DNA from: Octopus sinensis
Lineage: Eukaryota
NCBI RefSeq assembly: GCF_006345805.1
Contig: NC_043003.1
Location: 98,146,001-98,210,000 of the forward strand
Direction: 5' to 3'
Length of the DNA: 64,000 nucleotides
Of the stretch, positions 13,844-28,063 are shown one piece after another. How positions within the stretch are numbered: the first letter of the stretch is position 1; each line of letters starts with the position of its first letter. Made by a program: the position numbers and the translations under genes. The notes beneath the pieces are model-generated. The model worked only from the letters and a program-made list of their open reading frames with translations, had not been told where the DNA came from and made no database searches.

Positions 13844-14229
13844 GAAGAATAGAAAGCAGATTGGGTAACAATTTTTATTGAATAACATCGAGCCAACGAC
13901 CGAGCTTTATGCAATCGAACATACCTATCCAGAATGCAGCCAAATTTCCCTCAAACAACACTGTACTACTTCAAATAAGGACATATAAAACATTCTAGTC
14001 CTCCATATACAATGTAGTCCTTGATCTGGATGGGGCGGGATTGGATTAAGCCTAAAAATACTTCTTTAAAACATTAAGAAGCAACGGCTGTTTTCCAGTT
14101 CAGAAACAGCAATAATGTAAAAACCGGCGTGCAAACAAAGCTACATTATTACTATGAATATAACGACTTACACTTATTGATTGATAAGATTTCAGTTCTA
14201 TGAGATAAAGGAATACATGTTAATTATTG

Positions 14230-14840
14230 TTGCAGTTGTAATTGTGTACCCCCAGCTCAATGTCAATCAAGCGATCATTAAAGGTGTTCCAACCAACCGC
14301 GACAATCCCGTTTTTTTTTTCCATAATTCAAACAGTATCTAGGATGACATCATTCAATAGGTTTTTCTTCTCTAAAACTGTCGGGGAGTGATTTGAGGGT
14401 AGATTTAGTCGCTATTTCTAACAGCTAGTGTGGTCGCCTTGAAGTTCTCTTACTGGCTTGTCAATTTTTATTTCTTTATTGCCGACAAGGGGCTAAACAT
14501 AGAGGGAACAAACAAAGGAAAGGCAAAGGGATTAAGTAGATTAGATCGACCCCAGTGCGTAACTGGTACTTAATTTATCGACCCCGAAAGGATGAAAGGC
14601 AAAGTCGACCTCGGCGGAATTGGAACTTGCTACTTTGTTCTTGTTTAGCTCCAGTTCTTCCCCGAAACAAGCAGGTTTAGATCAAAATCCTTATAAAATA
14701 GCGACGCTTATTTTCATCCATGTGAACTACATTATTCAATGTTCTTTTCTTAATTTAAGATGGTTGACTGTAATTTTGAAGGAGATTTAGCTGCTACTTG
14801 TAGCAGGTCGAGTGACCACTTAAAGACTTCCTCGTTTTGT
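14230..14840 (+). repeat. Two copies of an old interspersed repeat flanking a truncated SINE A (14470-14626, minus)
   Basis: A GAGATTTAGCTGCTA(T)TT..AGCAG motif recurs near 14400, 14780, 30295 and 51350, and inverted near 6715 and 13930. Confidence 0.55.
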
Positions 14841-14999
14841 TGTTAAGAGGAGTGAATCTTTTCACTCTACTTTATTCCTACCAATCCAAAGACACGGCGA
14901 TTATCCCCATTATTTCCGTGGTGCAAAATGGATGAGAGACGCATCTACTTCGCTGATATATTGCAAGAAACTCCTACAGTTGGAAGCGTTGAAATCTTA

Positions 15000-15290
15000 A
15001 CTCCTTTAATTTCAAGTGAAGCATAGAGTGCTAACAACAGATCTCTATCCGCCTCGACCTTTGGCAACGGATTGCAGTTTGTCTCCAGGTGTAGCTGCCT
15101 GTCAATTCTTCAGTTTCTGTGGACTTTCTCACAGTTTGTTTTTGATCTGCTATACTTCGGCGGTTTCCCTTGGGTGTGCATCGGAGGGAATTGCGTTGTA
15201 ATATTGGAAATAGCTTTCCGTGGGATGTGTCCAAAACTACAAAATCACACCACAATTGCAACAACTCCGATGTTGATGCTTACACAAGAT
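15000..15290 (-). mobile_element. RTE-type LINE 3' end remnant
   Basis: SLRCTPKGNRRSIADQKQTVRKSTETE..YTW matches the ALRWTPQGKRxRGRPKxTWRR motif. Confidence 0.65.
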
Positions 15291-15637
15291 AATTAAACTA
15301 AATAAGTAAATGGTTCCTCTACCGGTTTCGACGATAATTACTCCAGTAGACTTAACAATTGAATTACCATCCCAATGAATTAAAGCAATGTTGTATGAAT
15401 ATTCGTTCTATCGATACGTGTATCCTTCTCATAGTCACCAGACAGAATCAATGATACAGTGTGCGACACAGGTGGACGTTTGACCATCGAATTACAGACT
15501 CAATCTATACCACTGGCACCCCGTTTTACCCGATTTTATTCCTTTATTCACAATCCTTCAGTCGATTGGAGGAAACTGGAGAAGATGCCCAAGATGCCGC
15601 GTGTGTGTGTGTATGTGCATACACACATACACATATG

Positions 15638-15677
<40 letters not shown>

Positions 15678-15800
15678 AAGGCGCATGGCTTAGTGGTGAG
15701 GGTGTTGCACTCACGATTGCGAGATCGTGGTTTCGGTTCCCAGACCGATTGTTACGCTTAGTTCTTGAGTAAAACACTTTATATGACATGTGGCACGGTG

Positions 15801-15922
<122 letters not shown>

Positions 15923-16457
15923 TATGTGTGTATGTGTGTGTATGTGTGCGTCTTGGGTACCGATCTCAAGAAATCAAACCACGACTGGTTTACTATTAAG
16001 GATATCAGTTCCGAAACGGGATTTCCATAATAACTCCCTTTGCTTGAATGACGTCAAAGAATGACCCCAATAGTTCACTTACGTCGATACTAGTGCAGAA
16101 TGAAGAATCCGCCCCAGGGGTTGAGCCCGTCCCTTTTCAACACTCATGGGGGAAACCTGACCTCAGCACTGCAAGTTAATGAAACAGCCGTTTATATAAA
16201 GTCTTACATGTTACAAGGGCTGAATCATAGTCATTCATGTAAAGGACCTGGTGTATATAAAGCCCTTTGAGAGTCAAATGTCTTGGCTTCGATGATATAG
16301 CACCAGTGCCCATATACCAACGACTAATCTTCGGATTACCCCCTCAAGTCACAATACTCCCTAATCGTCTGAAATAAGTTGAATTTTAAGAGAATATTCA
16401 GCAATTTATTGCATCTCGTTTTTTCTCATTTTTAGCTGCTACTTTTATTTATCAATT

Positions 16458-16458
16458 C

Positions 16459-16489
<31 letters not shown>

Positions 16490-16506
16490 TTTCTTTCTTT
16501 CTTATT

Positions 16507-16544
<38 letters not shown>

Positions 16545-16586
16545 CTTCTTCCTTTCTTTCTTTCTTTCTTTCTGTCTTTCTTTCTG

Positions 16587-16636
<50 letters not shown>

Positions 16637-16680
16637 TTACTTTCTTTCTTTCTGTCTCTCTGTCCTTCTTTCCTCCCCTC
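16458..16680. repeat. (TTTC)n microsatellite
   Basis: Directly visible. Confidence 0.95.
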
Positions 16681-18480
16681 CATCATTCCCCTCCCTCAAC
16701 GTTCACTACTAAACACCCAAGGGATTCAATGTTTGACGTCTAGCATCAGTAAAACTGCTTGGAAAACAAAACAACAAAATTAAGCAAATAAAAAAAATAT
16801 AAACAAAAACAAAAAAAGCAAAATTAAGCAAATAAAAATACAAACAAGCACAAAGAAAACCAAAAGGACCCCCCCATCCCACCACCAAAATAACAAAAGC
16901 TAAAATCAAAACAACCCTCCTTGCATTATCCGACCCCTCCTCACGAGGAAATATTTAGGGCGATCCCCACACATACACTACCTCATCAATGTGTAAATGC
17001 TACAAGACTCCTCAATAACTAATGGTCCCAGATAAATTCTGGATTTACGCAACACTAGGAGTTTAAGTTTATCTAAGAAATAACGCCGAATTTAATTCAG
17101 TCGTCCATGAAGTATAGAGCTAGGTGCGTGTGCGTGCGCGTGTGTGTGTGTGTACGTGTATGTGTGTGAGTGTATATGTGTGCGATTGCGTATGTGTATA
17201 CACATACTTATACATATGTTTACATGTCTGTGTAAATGTATTTATATAAAGACATGCATATATGTATATGTTTATAAGCATGCATGCATATATTCACACA
17301 CATATATATATGCATAAATACACGCATACACACACGCAGACACACTGAGACATAGACGCACATGCACAGACACAGACACAGACACACATACATACACACA
17401 TATATAAATAAATATTGGCACACACACACACATATCTAAAGAGATAGATAAATACATAGATATGCCGAAGAATAAAGAAACCATAAAAAAGCAAAAATAA
17501 TCACAAGATTATTAGTTTCACACTTACAGAAATGGAAAGAGTCAAACTATTATATTGTTTCGGACATTATCGTTTTCCAGAATAGAGTGTAGTGTGTAAA
17601 AGAGGAGAAAAGAAAAAGACAAAAAAAAATCGCAGCTATAGTCCAGGTAAAAATGCCCACGGTGAGCTAGTCTAGAGTGTGGTAGTTGACTAGACTATAT
17701 GTATAGACTATATGTATAGACTATATGTATAGACTATATGTATAACACGGATATAACACACGAGAAATAAAAGAGGAATACAGAACTGTTAAATATTATT
17801 AAATCCGGTGATGACGAGTTTATTATTTACAACATTGTTAGTATGGAGCTTTGCTGTGGCCATCAAATCACAACAACAAAGCGCCGTTAATCCTGATTTT
17901 ATTTGGAAACTGAGGCCGAGGCCATGAAATATTTATAAACTTAGAAACACACACATGCACACACAGACACAGACACAGACAGACAGATAGACAGACAGAC
18001 AGGCACATGTGTGTATTGTTGAGGTCATAAGAATCTCTAAACTGTTGAAAGATTGTGAAATCAATTTTTGAAGTGAAAAGAGGATCTCGAAGCACACAGA
18101 GCAATAAATAATAGCATGTCTCAGGAGATGTGGGTTTTTGTTCCACGGCAATCTTTGATTATTTTTTCTATTAAAAAAAAAAGGTTTTTCAATAAAACAT
18201 TTACATGTTATTACCTATTCAGCAAAAGGAGAAAAAAAAAAGCAAAAGCAAAAAAGAAAAACCAATGACTTTTAGTTATATATTCCCGTTACAATTCGAA
18301 ATTCGGCCATCACATGGCTCCTTCATTTAATATGGGGAAATGTCAGTTGTTTCACCTTTATAGATGTAATAAATTATTACGAAAAGTGGCTTATAATCTA
18401 GGAGTCATGTTTTGTAATTTCGACACTGGTTTCTATTGAGTACTATGTTTTGGCGTGCGTGATGTATTGTCATTGACTGG

Positions 18481-18528
<48 letters not shown>

Positions 18529-18566
18529 ATATATATATGTGTGTTGTGTGTGTGTGGTGTGTGTGT

Positions 18567-18619
<53 letters not shown>

Positions 18620-18701
18620 CGTGTGCGTGCGTGTGTGTGTGTGTGTACAAATTTCGTATCTTATCTAAATTAACTATTGCTTAACCAATTTTGTCATACC
18701 C

Positions 18702-18747
18702 TCTCCGATGAAGGCATATAATAAATATCCTGGAAACAGCTGTAAGA
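18702..18747 (+). ncRNA. Degenerate type I hammerhead ribozyme motif
   Basis: TCT CCGATGA AGG...CCT G GAA ACAGCTGT A AGA: palindromic helix III, GUA cleavage triplet, U4>C core change. Confidence 0.5.
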
Positions 18748-20388
18748 CCTTTTATTTATAAATGTTCTAAATCCTCACATCCTTGGTTTTTTTTTATCTC
18801 ATTCTGAAAAAAATTTATACATATATATATGTGTGTGTGTGCTTAAACGTTTTTGTGATCATTAGTTTGTTAAATATTAAGAAAAATCTAGGGATTTGAT
18901 TAGCAGAAGCTTACTTATGGAAAAGCAACTAGTTATAAGCAGATAAATTTAGGAAAAACACACTTAAATTAAAGTTGATCGCCACATCAAAGTGGCTGTT
19001 CCATGTTTCTACTAGTTTAACCCCAGGCACTCAACAAATACAGTTAATGATAATATCTGCAAATGTGACATTTAGCTTAACGATATAATATTTCAACTAT
19101 GCATTAAACCAAATGATTCAATTTTATAAATAAACCATAATTCCAATCACATACCTTCCGTGTATTTATAGAAATATAGCTACTATTTTAGGTTAAAGAA
19201 TATCGGGCATACATTATGACTAATCTATGCGATAATGCACTAAACAAAATCATTAACTTAGGCGAAATGAAAAAGACAAACCACATGGTTTAATCTACCA
19301 TATTCAGTCGGTGTTGGCATCCCGGTAAGGATATACTTTCCTTTTGGATATAAGTAAATAATAATAAGCAATAATAAATTTCAGAGCGAGTTATATCTCA
19401 GAGACGGGTCAATACTCAGAAACTCGAGTCCGTGTGTATCATAAGTTGAAGACGGGAAGGATGGCTTCCCTTTGCAAACATTGATAGGGCACAGAAAGTG
19501 TGTCTATTGCCAGCTGGAGGAGGTGTCCTTCTGGGGCTACAAACTACAGTAGCATCCACCCTTAGGCGTTAGCCATATTTAAATGGCAAATATACGTATA
19601 TAATAATAAAAGTAAGTCAAAGCCAATCAATCAAATGATTCATTTTCTGTAGTCTCAATGACAAATATACCCAGATGCGCTAGTGTGTACAGCTAAAACA
19701 ACAACCATAGATGGTATAGAAAATCCAAATCAAAAGCACCTAGAAAAATGCAGAACATATTTAAATGCAGGTTCATATAGTGCGTTTCTTCAGATTTAGC
19801 TAACCGTTCTCTCCAAGTAAATTTGAAAATCGAAAAATGTATATGGCAATATTGTTGCAATATTGTTGCAACCACACTATCCCACTCGGAAGGTTCTAAA
19901 TGCTGCAAATTTTGTTCGGCTGAGAAAAACATGCCGATGCAACGCTTGAAAATGTTGAAAAAAAAAAAGAAGGATTTTATAACTGCAAATATGAGAATAA
20001 ATATCTCTTAAAATAACCGTCCCAGCTGCGAACGTGATTATCATACCACTGCCAGCATAATAAAAAAAAAGCAGCAGCTATGTGAAAGTCTGTAAAGACA
20101 TAGCAGTAAACATTTAATCGTGCAGTGTGTATCTACCATAGCTTCTGCGAAAGCCAAGTAACACGACCTATGCAATAGAGTCTTATAACTATAAACATGT
20201 TACTACACTGCCTTGCCTAAGGATCCTCAGCAATAAGAGCTGACCAAATCTGACCTATGAGAAATAGATAGAACAGTGAGCGTGTTCAATATTTATGTAG
20301 TCATAACGAATGTATATGCACCAGAAATTCTTCACAGTAGCGACAGAGCGAAACATCATCAGGCTGGAATTTATATAGTACGTATGTG

Positions 20389-20416
<28 letters not shown>

Positions 20417-20419
<3 letters not shown>

Positions 20420-20727
20420 ATATAAAAGGGCTTAGTAAAATAAATTACTTTGCCGCATACTGAACTCATTAGAAATAGCAGCTAAAAAACTTTTTTAAAG
20501 CTATTTCTAATACTTAAAGAAAATCTCTCTCATATATAGTGTTTGCTTAATTCAACTCAAAAAGTTTTTTAGCTGATATTTCTAATGAGTTCAGTATGCG
20601 GCAAAGTAATTTATTTACTAAGCCCTTTTATATAATGTAATTTTGAATTCGCCTTGAATGGTCCCTTTGCATACTGAACACTTGGTGAAATTGATTAATA
20701 ATTAATTAATTTTGCCCTCAATTGTTG

Positions 20728-20733
<6 letters not shown>
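20417..20733 (+). repeat. Fold-back element in (TA)n: ~78-bp inverted arms plus unique tail
   Basis: 20417-20495 is the reverse complement of 20559-20636 (about 1 mismatch and 1 indel). Confidence 0.9.
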
Positions 20734-20776
<43 letters not shown>

Positions 20777-20819
20777 TAATATATATTATATATATATATA
20801 TATATTATATATATAATAT

Positions 20820-21014
20820 GTAGGTTCCGGGTTGAGTCGGGGTTAACCACAGTAAATAAGGTACTCAATACATAGCAGAGTAAAGTAATTTATTTTATAG
20901 AAGGAGCTTCTACAGGACTAGAACTGTTTCATTCAGATGAAATCTTCAGGAAGCCCTGAATTTCATCTGAATGAAACAGTTCTAGTCTGTAGAAGCTCCT
21001 TCTATAAAATAAAT
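20820..21014 (-). repeat. Fold-back element in (TA)n: ~60-bp hairpin arms plus unique tail
   Basis: 20888-20950 pairs with 20955-21014 around a ~4-nt loop. Confidence 0.9.
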
Positions 21015-21194
21015 AAATATATATATATATATATATATATGTACATGTATCTATATATGTCTGTGTGCCTGAGTTGCGGGTGTGCATGTATATGTGCGCG
21101 AGCGCGCTGTATTAAAACTATAGAGATATATTATACACATATTACATGCATATAAATACCCACCTACATATAAACAAACAGTTCAGATACATAA

Positions 21195-21249
21195 CTATGC
21201 ATATATGTATATGCATGTATATATACATACATATATATATGTATATATA

Positions 21250-21282
<33 letters not shown>

Positions 21283-21306
21283 CACACACACAGATATATA
21301 TGTATG

Positions 21307-21348
<42 letters not shown>

Positions 21349-21372
21349 CACACACATATATATATGTATGTT

Positions 21373-21466
<94 letters not shown>

Positions 21467-21480
21467 GTATATATATATGT
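21195..21480. repeat. (TA)n-rich microsatellite
   Basis: Directly visible. Confidence 0.9.
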
Positions 21481-22169
21481 TATCTTTGAGTCTAAAGACG
21501 TACGCAAAGGTTGCTTAGAAAGATTGGCAATTCATATTAATGAGCCGTGCAATGAGTGCTGGTGCTCAGTTGTATGTCATTCTGGAAGACCTCCCAGTTT
21601 GGTCGACAACATCTGCTTCTGCAATTGCATTGCAAGATAGCGAGCGCCGCCTGACGACAAAATTCTGGTATTTCATCATTCGTTTTTCTGTTTTTCTTTT
21701 GTATTTTATTTATTTCATTGTTGTTGTTGTTGTTTTTTCTACTTGTTAAACTATGGGAAAATACGCAATCTACAATGTTCGTTGCCGTTATATATATATT
21801 TATAGATATATCTATATATATATATATATATAATATAATATATATATATATATATATATGAATGTATGTATATATGTGTGCTATATATATGTGCATACAT
21901 CCATATTACACTTATATATGTATATAATTTGTATACATATGTATATGTGTGTACAAATGTATAAAAATATTTACTTGTACATATGCGCACATATATATGT
22001 GTATATATTTCTATGCACGTATGTATGTGTATATGTATGCACATACACATATATACATACATACATATGCATATATATATGCATAGATACCGACGCTTGT
22101 GTATGCAGATGTGCAGACGATTATAGATCTATCTATATATGTATCTATGTATCTATGTATCTATCTATG

Positions 22170-22236
<67 letters not shown>

Positions 22237-22240
22237 TTCT

Positions 22241-22286
<46 letters not shown>

Positions 22287-23407
22287 ATATCTAGAGTCAA
22301 TAGCGTATATAGTTTCGTCCCGGATTGGGCTGTTCACGACAGTCGTAAACATTCCAACCTGACGTGAACCCGTGAGTAGACTGTCAACTATTTACATCCC
22401 GCATATTGAGCTCTGTATGCGATAATGCTTGCACTGCGTGAAGCAGTTCTTAATATCCTTCACAACTAAGGCATCGAGAGGGCGGACTCATTAACGTGTT
22501 TAGCGATATTTCGTCTGTCTTTACGTTCTTAGTTCAAATTTAGCCGGAGTTGACTGCGTCTTTCATCCTGTCGGGGTCTATAAAATAAGTAGGTACCAGT
22601 TGAGCACTGGAGACGATATAATTATCTTAGCCCCTCCCTCGAAGCTGCTGGCCTTGTGCCAAAATTGGAAACCAATATCCTTCACAACCCTTTATCTTAC
22701 ACAGCGCTCGCGCTCATATATATATGCGTACACACACTCACATTTATACATACAGACATATATATATGTCCACACACGCACACATACACACACACATATA
22801 TCGGTGTGTATATATATATGTCCATATATATATACTCATGCACACATACGCACACACACGCGCGCGCACATATATGTGTATGCATGTATTTTTAAATGCA
22901 TGTATATATTTATGCCTGTGTATAAATATAAATTTGGGTGAGAATATGTATGCAGCTATGTATGTACAAATGTATATATATATATATATATATACACATA
23001 TGGAATACATACACATGAAATATTAGCGTGACCGATATAGAGTATGAAGCTGACACGGTCATACTCGTAATACTCCCCAAGGGACATTTTATTTACTCCA
23101 CCCTCCGTCTCCCTTTCTCTCTCTCTGACTCACTCATATTTTGATCATCAAAACAAAAATAACAACTACAAGAAGAACTCCACAAACGAAGGCTTACAGA
23201 ATATTTTCCGGTTATTGTGACCATTCCTAATTATAACGGAAAAATATGTGATCGGAGTCTGCGATCATCTTACGCAGGCATGGTTGGATTTTTCGAGGGG
23301 CTGGATACATGACATGGTACATCACCATGTGGGCCGCACTGCTAAAAGAATCCAAGACAATTTTTCGTTAGGCGTACCATTAAGAAAGTTCCGCGGGCTA
23401 TATGCAG

Positions 23408-23536
23408 TCTGCCGGAGCCTCGTGGAGCTTTAGGTGTTTACGCTCAATAAACACACACAATGCCCTGTCTGGAAATCGAAACCGCGATCCTCCGACCGCG
23501 AGTCCGTTGCCCTAACCACTGGGCCATTGCGCCTCC
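23408..23536 (-). mobile_element. SINE family C, 5' fragment
   Basis: Reverse complement of 3063-3190. Confidence 0.8.
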
Positions 23537-24032
23537 CCTGTTGTTTTCCCTGCTTCTATGGAATGACAAAACTGCTTTGTTATTTCTTTGAACAGGGTGT
23601 GTGCTATAATGAATACTTCACAAGAAATTCGTTTAGCTCAGTTCACGGTCAGTTACTGCAACTAGACTTATTCGTTCGCAGAAACTAATTAAGCATCCAG
23701 TGATGGTTAAGTTGTTAAGTTGACTATGGTGTAAATTTGGGAATTATTTTCAGACAAGGCAATGTACAATCTGTTAAATGTTTTATTTTTCCGCATGAAG
23801 TTAAATTGAAAAGAAGAAGAGAAATATTTTCCTTCAGGCACAGGCATGACTCTGTGGTTAAGAAGCTAACTTTGCGAGCGCGTGATTTCAGGTTCTATTC
23901 AATTATGCAGCATCTTGGGAAACTACCTTCTGCTATAGCCCCAGGCCAACCAATGCGTTTTGGGTGGATTTCGTAGATGGAAGGAGACTGTTGTACATAT
24001 ATATATACATACATACATACATATATACATAT

Positions 24033-24082
<50 letters not shown>

Positions 24083-24548
24083 CTGCTCGCTTAGCCAGCG
24101 GGGTGGCGTCATTCGAAGGCTAAAACAATGCGAACGCATTGTGACCAAGCGATATGTAACAGCATCTGATGTCTGGTCGGTCACGTGATCACGTGATATA
24201 TATATATATATAATAATGTATGTATATATACATATATACATGCACACACACACACACATATATACATAGATACTACCACACACATATATTGTTTAATGAT
24301 CGCAGTGTATATTCTTAGGAGCTACTAATACTTTCACACAATGAAAACGACGCAGGCTCTGATCTCTTCATGCAATCTTTAGCCTGGACGTACCAGACCT
24401 GTTATAAAATACTGTCTGTGTCGTTACCATTGCATGAAACTATTAGTAACTCATAAAAATATATATACTGTGTTCATTAACCAATAGTTATCTTTCATCG
24501 GATGGAGTACTTTGTTTTCTTGATCTTGCCTTCACGGAATAGTATACA

Positions 24549-24619
<71 letters not shown>

Positions 24620-24899
24620 TTCGGAAACTTGGGAAACAATAGTTTATCATAGCCTCGGGTTAAGCGAAGCTTTGTAAGTGAAATTTGGTGAATGGAGATT
24701 GTGCGGTTGCGTTTCAAACTGAGTCGATGAGAAAACGTCGGTCTGTCAGAAATACCAGACAAGATATTTTCAAATCACTAACAACCGATATAGCCTCAAA
24801 ACAAACAGCATAATCACAACTAGAATGCATTTGATTATATATCTGCTTGATCAAAAATAGCCTTGGATTAAGCAACAGGAACACAAGCAGATTGATTTT

Positions 24900-26268
24900 G
24901 AAATTGTTCTAGTTCTGAAGATACAAAAATACTTCCTGTTGAAAACACTGTATTCAGACAATTTTGAATACATCTATTCTATGCTTTTCTTCAAACATAA
25001 ACAAATAGAAGTTTATCACTGTTTCTCTTAAGGTAACCCTTTTCTACTAGCCTGTCACATAGAAATAGTTTTCACGCTTCAAGGAAAGGAAATTCAACCT
25101 TACAGACTCTCCGCGTTTTAGCCAATCTGTTCAGTTTTATGAAGGTCAATAGAACGAGCTCATCCATGAGAATATGCACCACTTCTCTTGGAAATTGGTC
25201 AAGCAGAATGGATGGTCTATTGATCCTTTTTTCTTTACTACCCACAAGGGGCTAAACACAGAGAGGACAAACAAAGACAGACAAACGGTTTAAGTCGATT
25301 ATATCGACCCCAATGCGTAACTGGTACTTAATGTATCGACCCCGAAAGGATGAAAGGCAAAGTTGACCTCGGCGGAATTTGAACTCAGAACGTAGCGACA
25401 GACGAAATACGGCTACGTATTTCGCCCGGCGTGCTAACGATTCTGCCAGCTCGCCGCCTTTTGATACTGTCGCTCGTCGCCTTTCCTGGATGGGTAACTT
25501 CCAGAAACTCGACGCATGGGTGCTACACACTTCAAACAAAAGGGACAAACTTCAGGACACCTCTATCGCCACCAGTTTGTTCGATCGACACGAGATTACT
25601 CTTTGATAAAGAAATATCTTTATCGCATCGTCATTGTCGATGAAAATGGTGTGTTTTCGTAAATAGGAAGTAGAGGAAAAAAGCTAAGTCTCAATAAGCA
25701 AACAACACCTCGAGCCATGTCAAAGATGCATCCACACAAGAATGATCTGCATTTGATGGGACTTGGAAGGGTTAATCCACTACAAAATACTTGAAAATAA
25801 CCACACGGTCAAAGCAGAGCTTTACGTTCAGCAAATGCACCGGCTCATCGATCCAATCCAGCTTAAATGACCCGACCAGTGTGTTTCTTCAACATGATTT
25901 CGCTCGCCCCGACTTCACAAATTTGACCAAAAATACTATTCAAGAGATCGGTTGAGAAGTTCTACCACCCTCTAAGTATTCTTCTGATATAACACATTCA
26001 GATTATAATCTTTTTCTGTCATTATCCAATAGTTTGCGAAGTGCTTCGTTCAACATCAACGTGTAAGTGAAAACGTGACTCAATGAATTCTTTGAGTCAA
26101 GACCCGGTGATTTCTATCTTCAAGGCATTGACAAAGTCGTGGAGAATTGGCAATAATTCATGAACAATGAAGAAGAATATATTATTGACAAATTTGTTAA
26201 AATTCTTGACGAAAAATAAGGATTAATATAAATGGAAAAAACCCCCAACTAATTTATCCGACAACTCA
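24900..26268 (+). mobile_element. Mariner (D,D34D-type) transposon fossil interrupted by SINE A
   Basis: KLDAWVLHT (WVPHxL), RIVIVDE, LIHYKILENNHTVKAELYVQQMHRL, LQHDFARP (HDNARPH), YSSDITHSDYNLF (YSPDLAPSDY). TIR-like end near 26240-26268. Confidence 0.85.
25226..25460 (-). mobile_element. SINE family A inserted in mariner
   Basis: Full copy; TTGAT duplicated at 25220-25224 and 25461-25465. Confidence 0.9.
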
Positions 26269-26946
26269 ACACATAAACATAAGATATATATGTGTATATG
26301 CATGTGTGTGTGTGTACACACACACACAAACATACACAAAGAGGGATTAATAAGGTATTAGTAATCCTGGCGAAATATTTCTTAAGCTTACAGTAGATAC
26401 AGCACGCTAACAATAAAGTCTTGTGATCAGTACTGAACTCCAAGCAATCCGAAGTCAAAAGCCAAAGTCAAAGTCTATCACCAATCAAATTTGCAAACCC
26501 ATGGCTACATTACCCAGTTGAAATAGTATGCTTTTACAGAGTGATGCATAAAATTGAGAGAAATAACGGGTTATATACGTTTACTTATTTATTATAAGCT
26601 GTAATAAATAAATATATTAAGTAAATGTGTATAACTCATTATTTCGTCGGTCGTTCATATATCTGCAAAAGAAGCACACTCTAAAACATTTGAGGAGTAA
26701 CATATTTAGAAGGTTGATTGTCATGACCGATCAGAGGGTGACCATTGGTTTCCAACCTATAAAGCACTTTGCTGTACAGGCGACTCTTCAGATTACAAAT
26801 GGTAGCATGTACATAACCTTTCTACAACTGACGAGTTGCCTATACAGCTAAACACTTTATAGGTGCGAAACTAATAGTCGCTCTCTGACCGGCCGTAACA
26901 ATCAACCTTCTATATATATATATATTATATATATATATATATATAT

Positions 26947-26980
<34 letters not shown>

Positions 26981-26983
<3 letters not shown>

Positions 26984-27183
26984 ATATGTTACAATTACTC
27001 AATAGTCAAGATAAAACTCTGAGTTTCAGATGCCGAAGTGGAAATCCACAACACCACTTCGGCATCTGAACTCAGAGTTTTATCTTGACTGTTGAGTAAT
27101 TGTAACATATTATTTTATAGATAAATTCCTCTATTTACATAATATTGAGGTCTCTTTCTTTTGTTATCTTACCGTTTTTACCG

Positions 27184-27185
<2 letters not shown>
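26981..27185 (+). repeat. Fold-back element in (TA)n: ~60-bp arms plus tail
   Basis: 26981-27041 is the reverse complement of 27054-27113. Confidence 0.9.
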
Positions 27186-27235
<50 letters not shown>

Positions 27236-27369
27236 TATAATATTATATATATATATAGACAGACATGACAGAAATAAATAATCATTAAAATTTATTTAAT
27301 CATTAAAATTTATTTAAATCTGAATTATACATTCAAATTATTTATTATTTATTATAATGTAAACATTTA

Positions 27370-27506
27370 AGTAGCTTGCTTACGAACCACATGGTTCCGG
27401 GTTCAGTCCCACTGCGTGGCACCTTGAGCAAGTGTCTTCTACTATAGTCGTGCCGACCAACGCCTTGTGAGTGGATTTGGTAGATAGAAACTGAAAGAAG
27501 CCCGTC

Positions 27507-27588
<82 letters not shown>

Positions 27589-27820
27589 TGTATGTATGTA
27601 TGTGTGTGTATACGTTTGTGTGACTGTTTGTCCCCCCAACGTCAACCGATGCTTGACAACCGATGCTGGTGTGTTTACGTCCCCGTAACTTAGCGGTTCG
27701 GCAAAAGAAACCGATAGAATAAGTACTAGGCTTACAAAAAAATAAGTCGTGGGGTTGATTTATTCGACTAAATGCGGTGCTCCAGCATACCCGTAGTTAA
27801 ATGGCTGAAATAAATTAAAG
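27370..27820 (+). mobile_element. SINE family B
   Basis: Matches 10124-10545, with an expanded internal microsatellite. Confidence 0.85.
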
Positions 27821-27866
27821 ATGTTTAGCAAAAGTTTCTTTAATAAACTCGCTATTATTATTATTA

Positions 27867-27910
<44 letters not shown>

Positions 27911-27912
<2 letters not shown>

Positions 27913-28063
27913 GAGTGAGAGAGCAGTTCATGCCATCAAAGTGACACTGGGGTAAAATATACGAAGCCCAATATACCCATCATGACTACCCGTCTGATAA
28001 GGGTACACCAGTCAGTTAAGATCAGGAGCCATGAGAGCCACTGCCTGGTACTGCATCAGGGCA

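Noticed and set aside
15950-16400. Possible L1/Tx1-type LINE remnant on the minus strand
   Set aside because: No diagnostic motif could be recovered by eye.
17693-17744. Four copies of a 13-bp unit (GACTATATGTATA)
   Set aside because: Ordinary slippage minisatellite.
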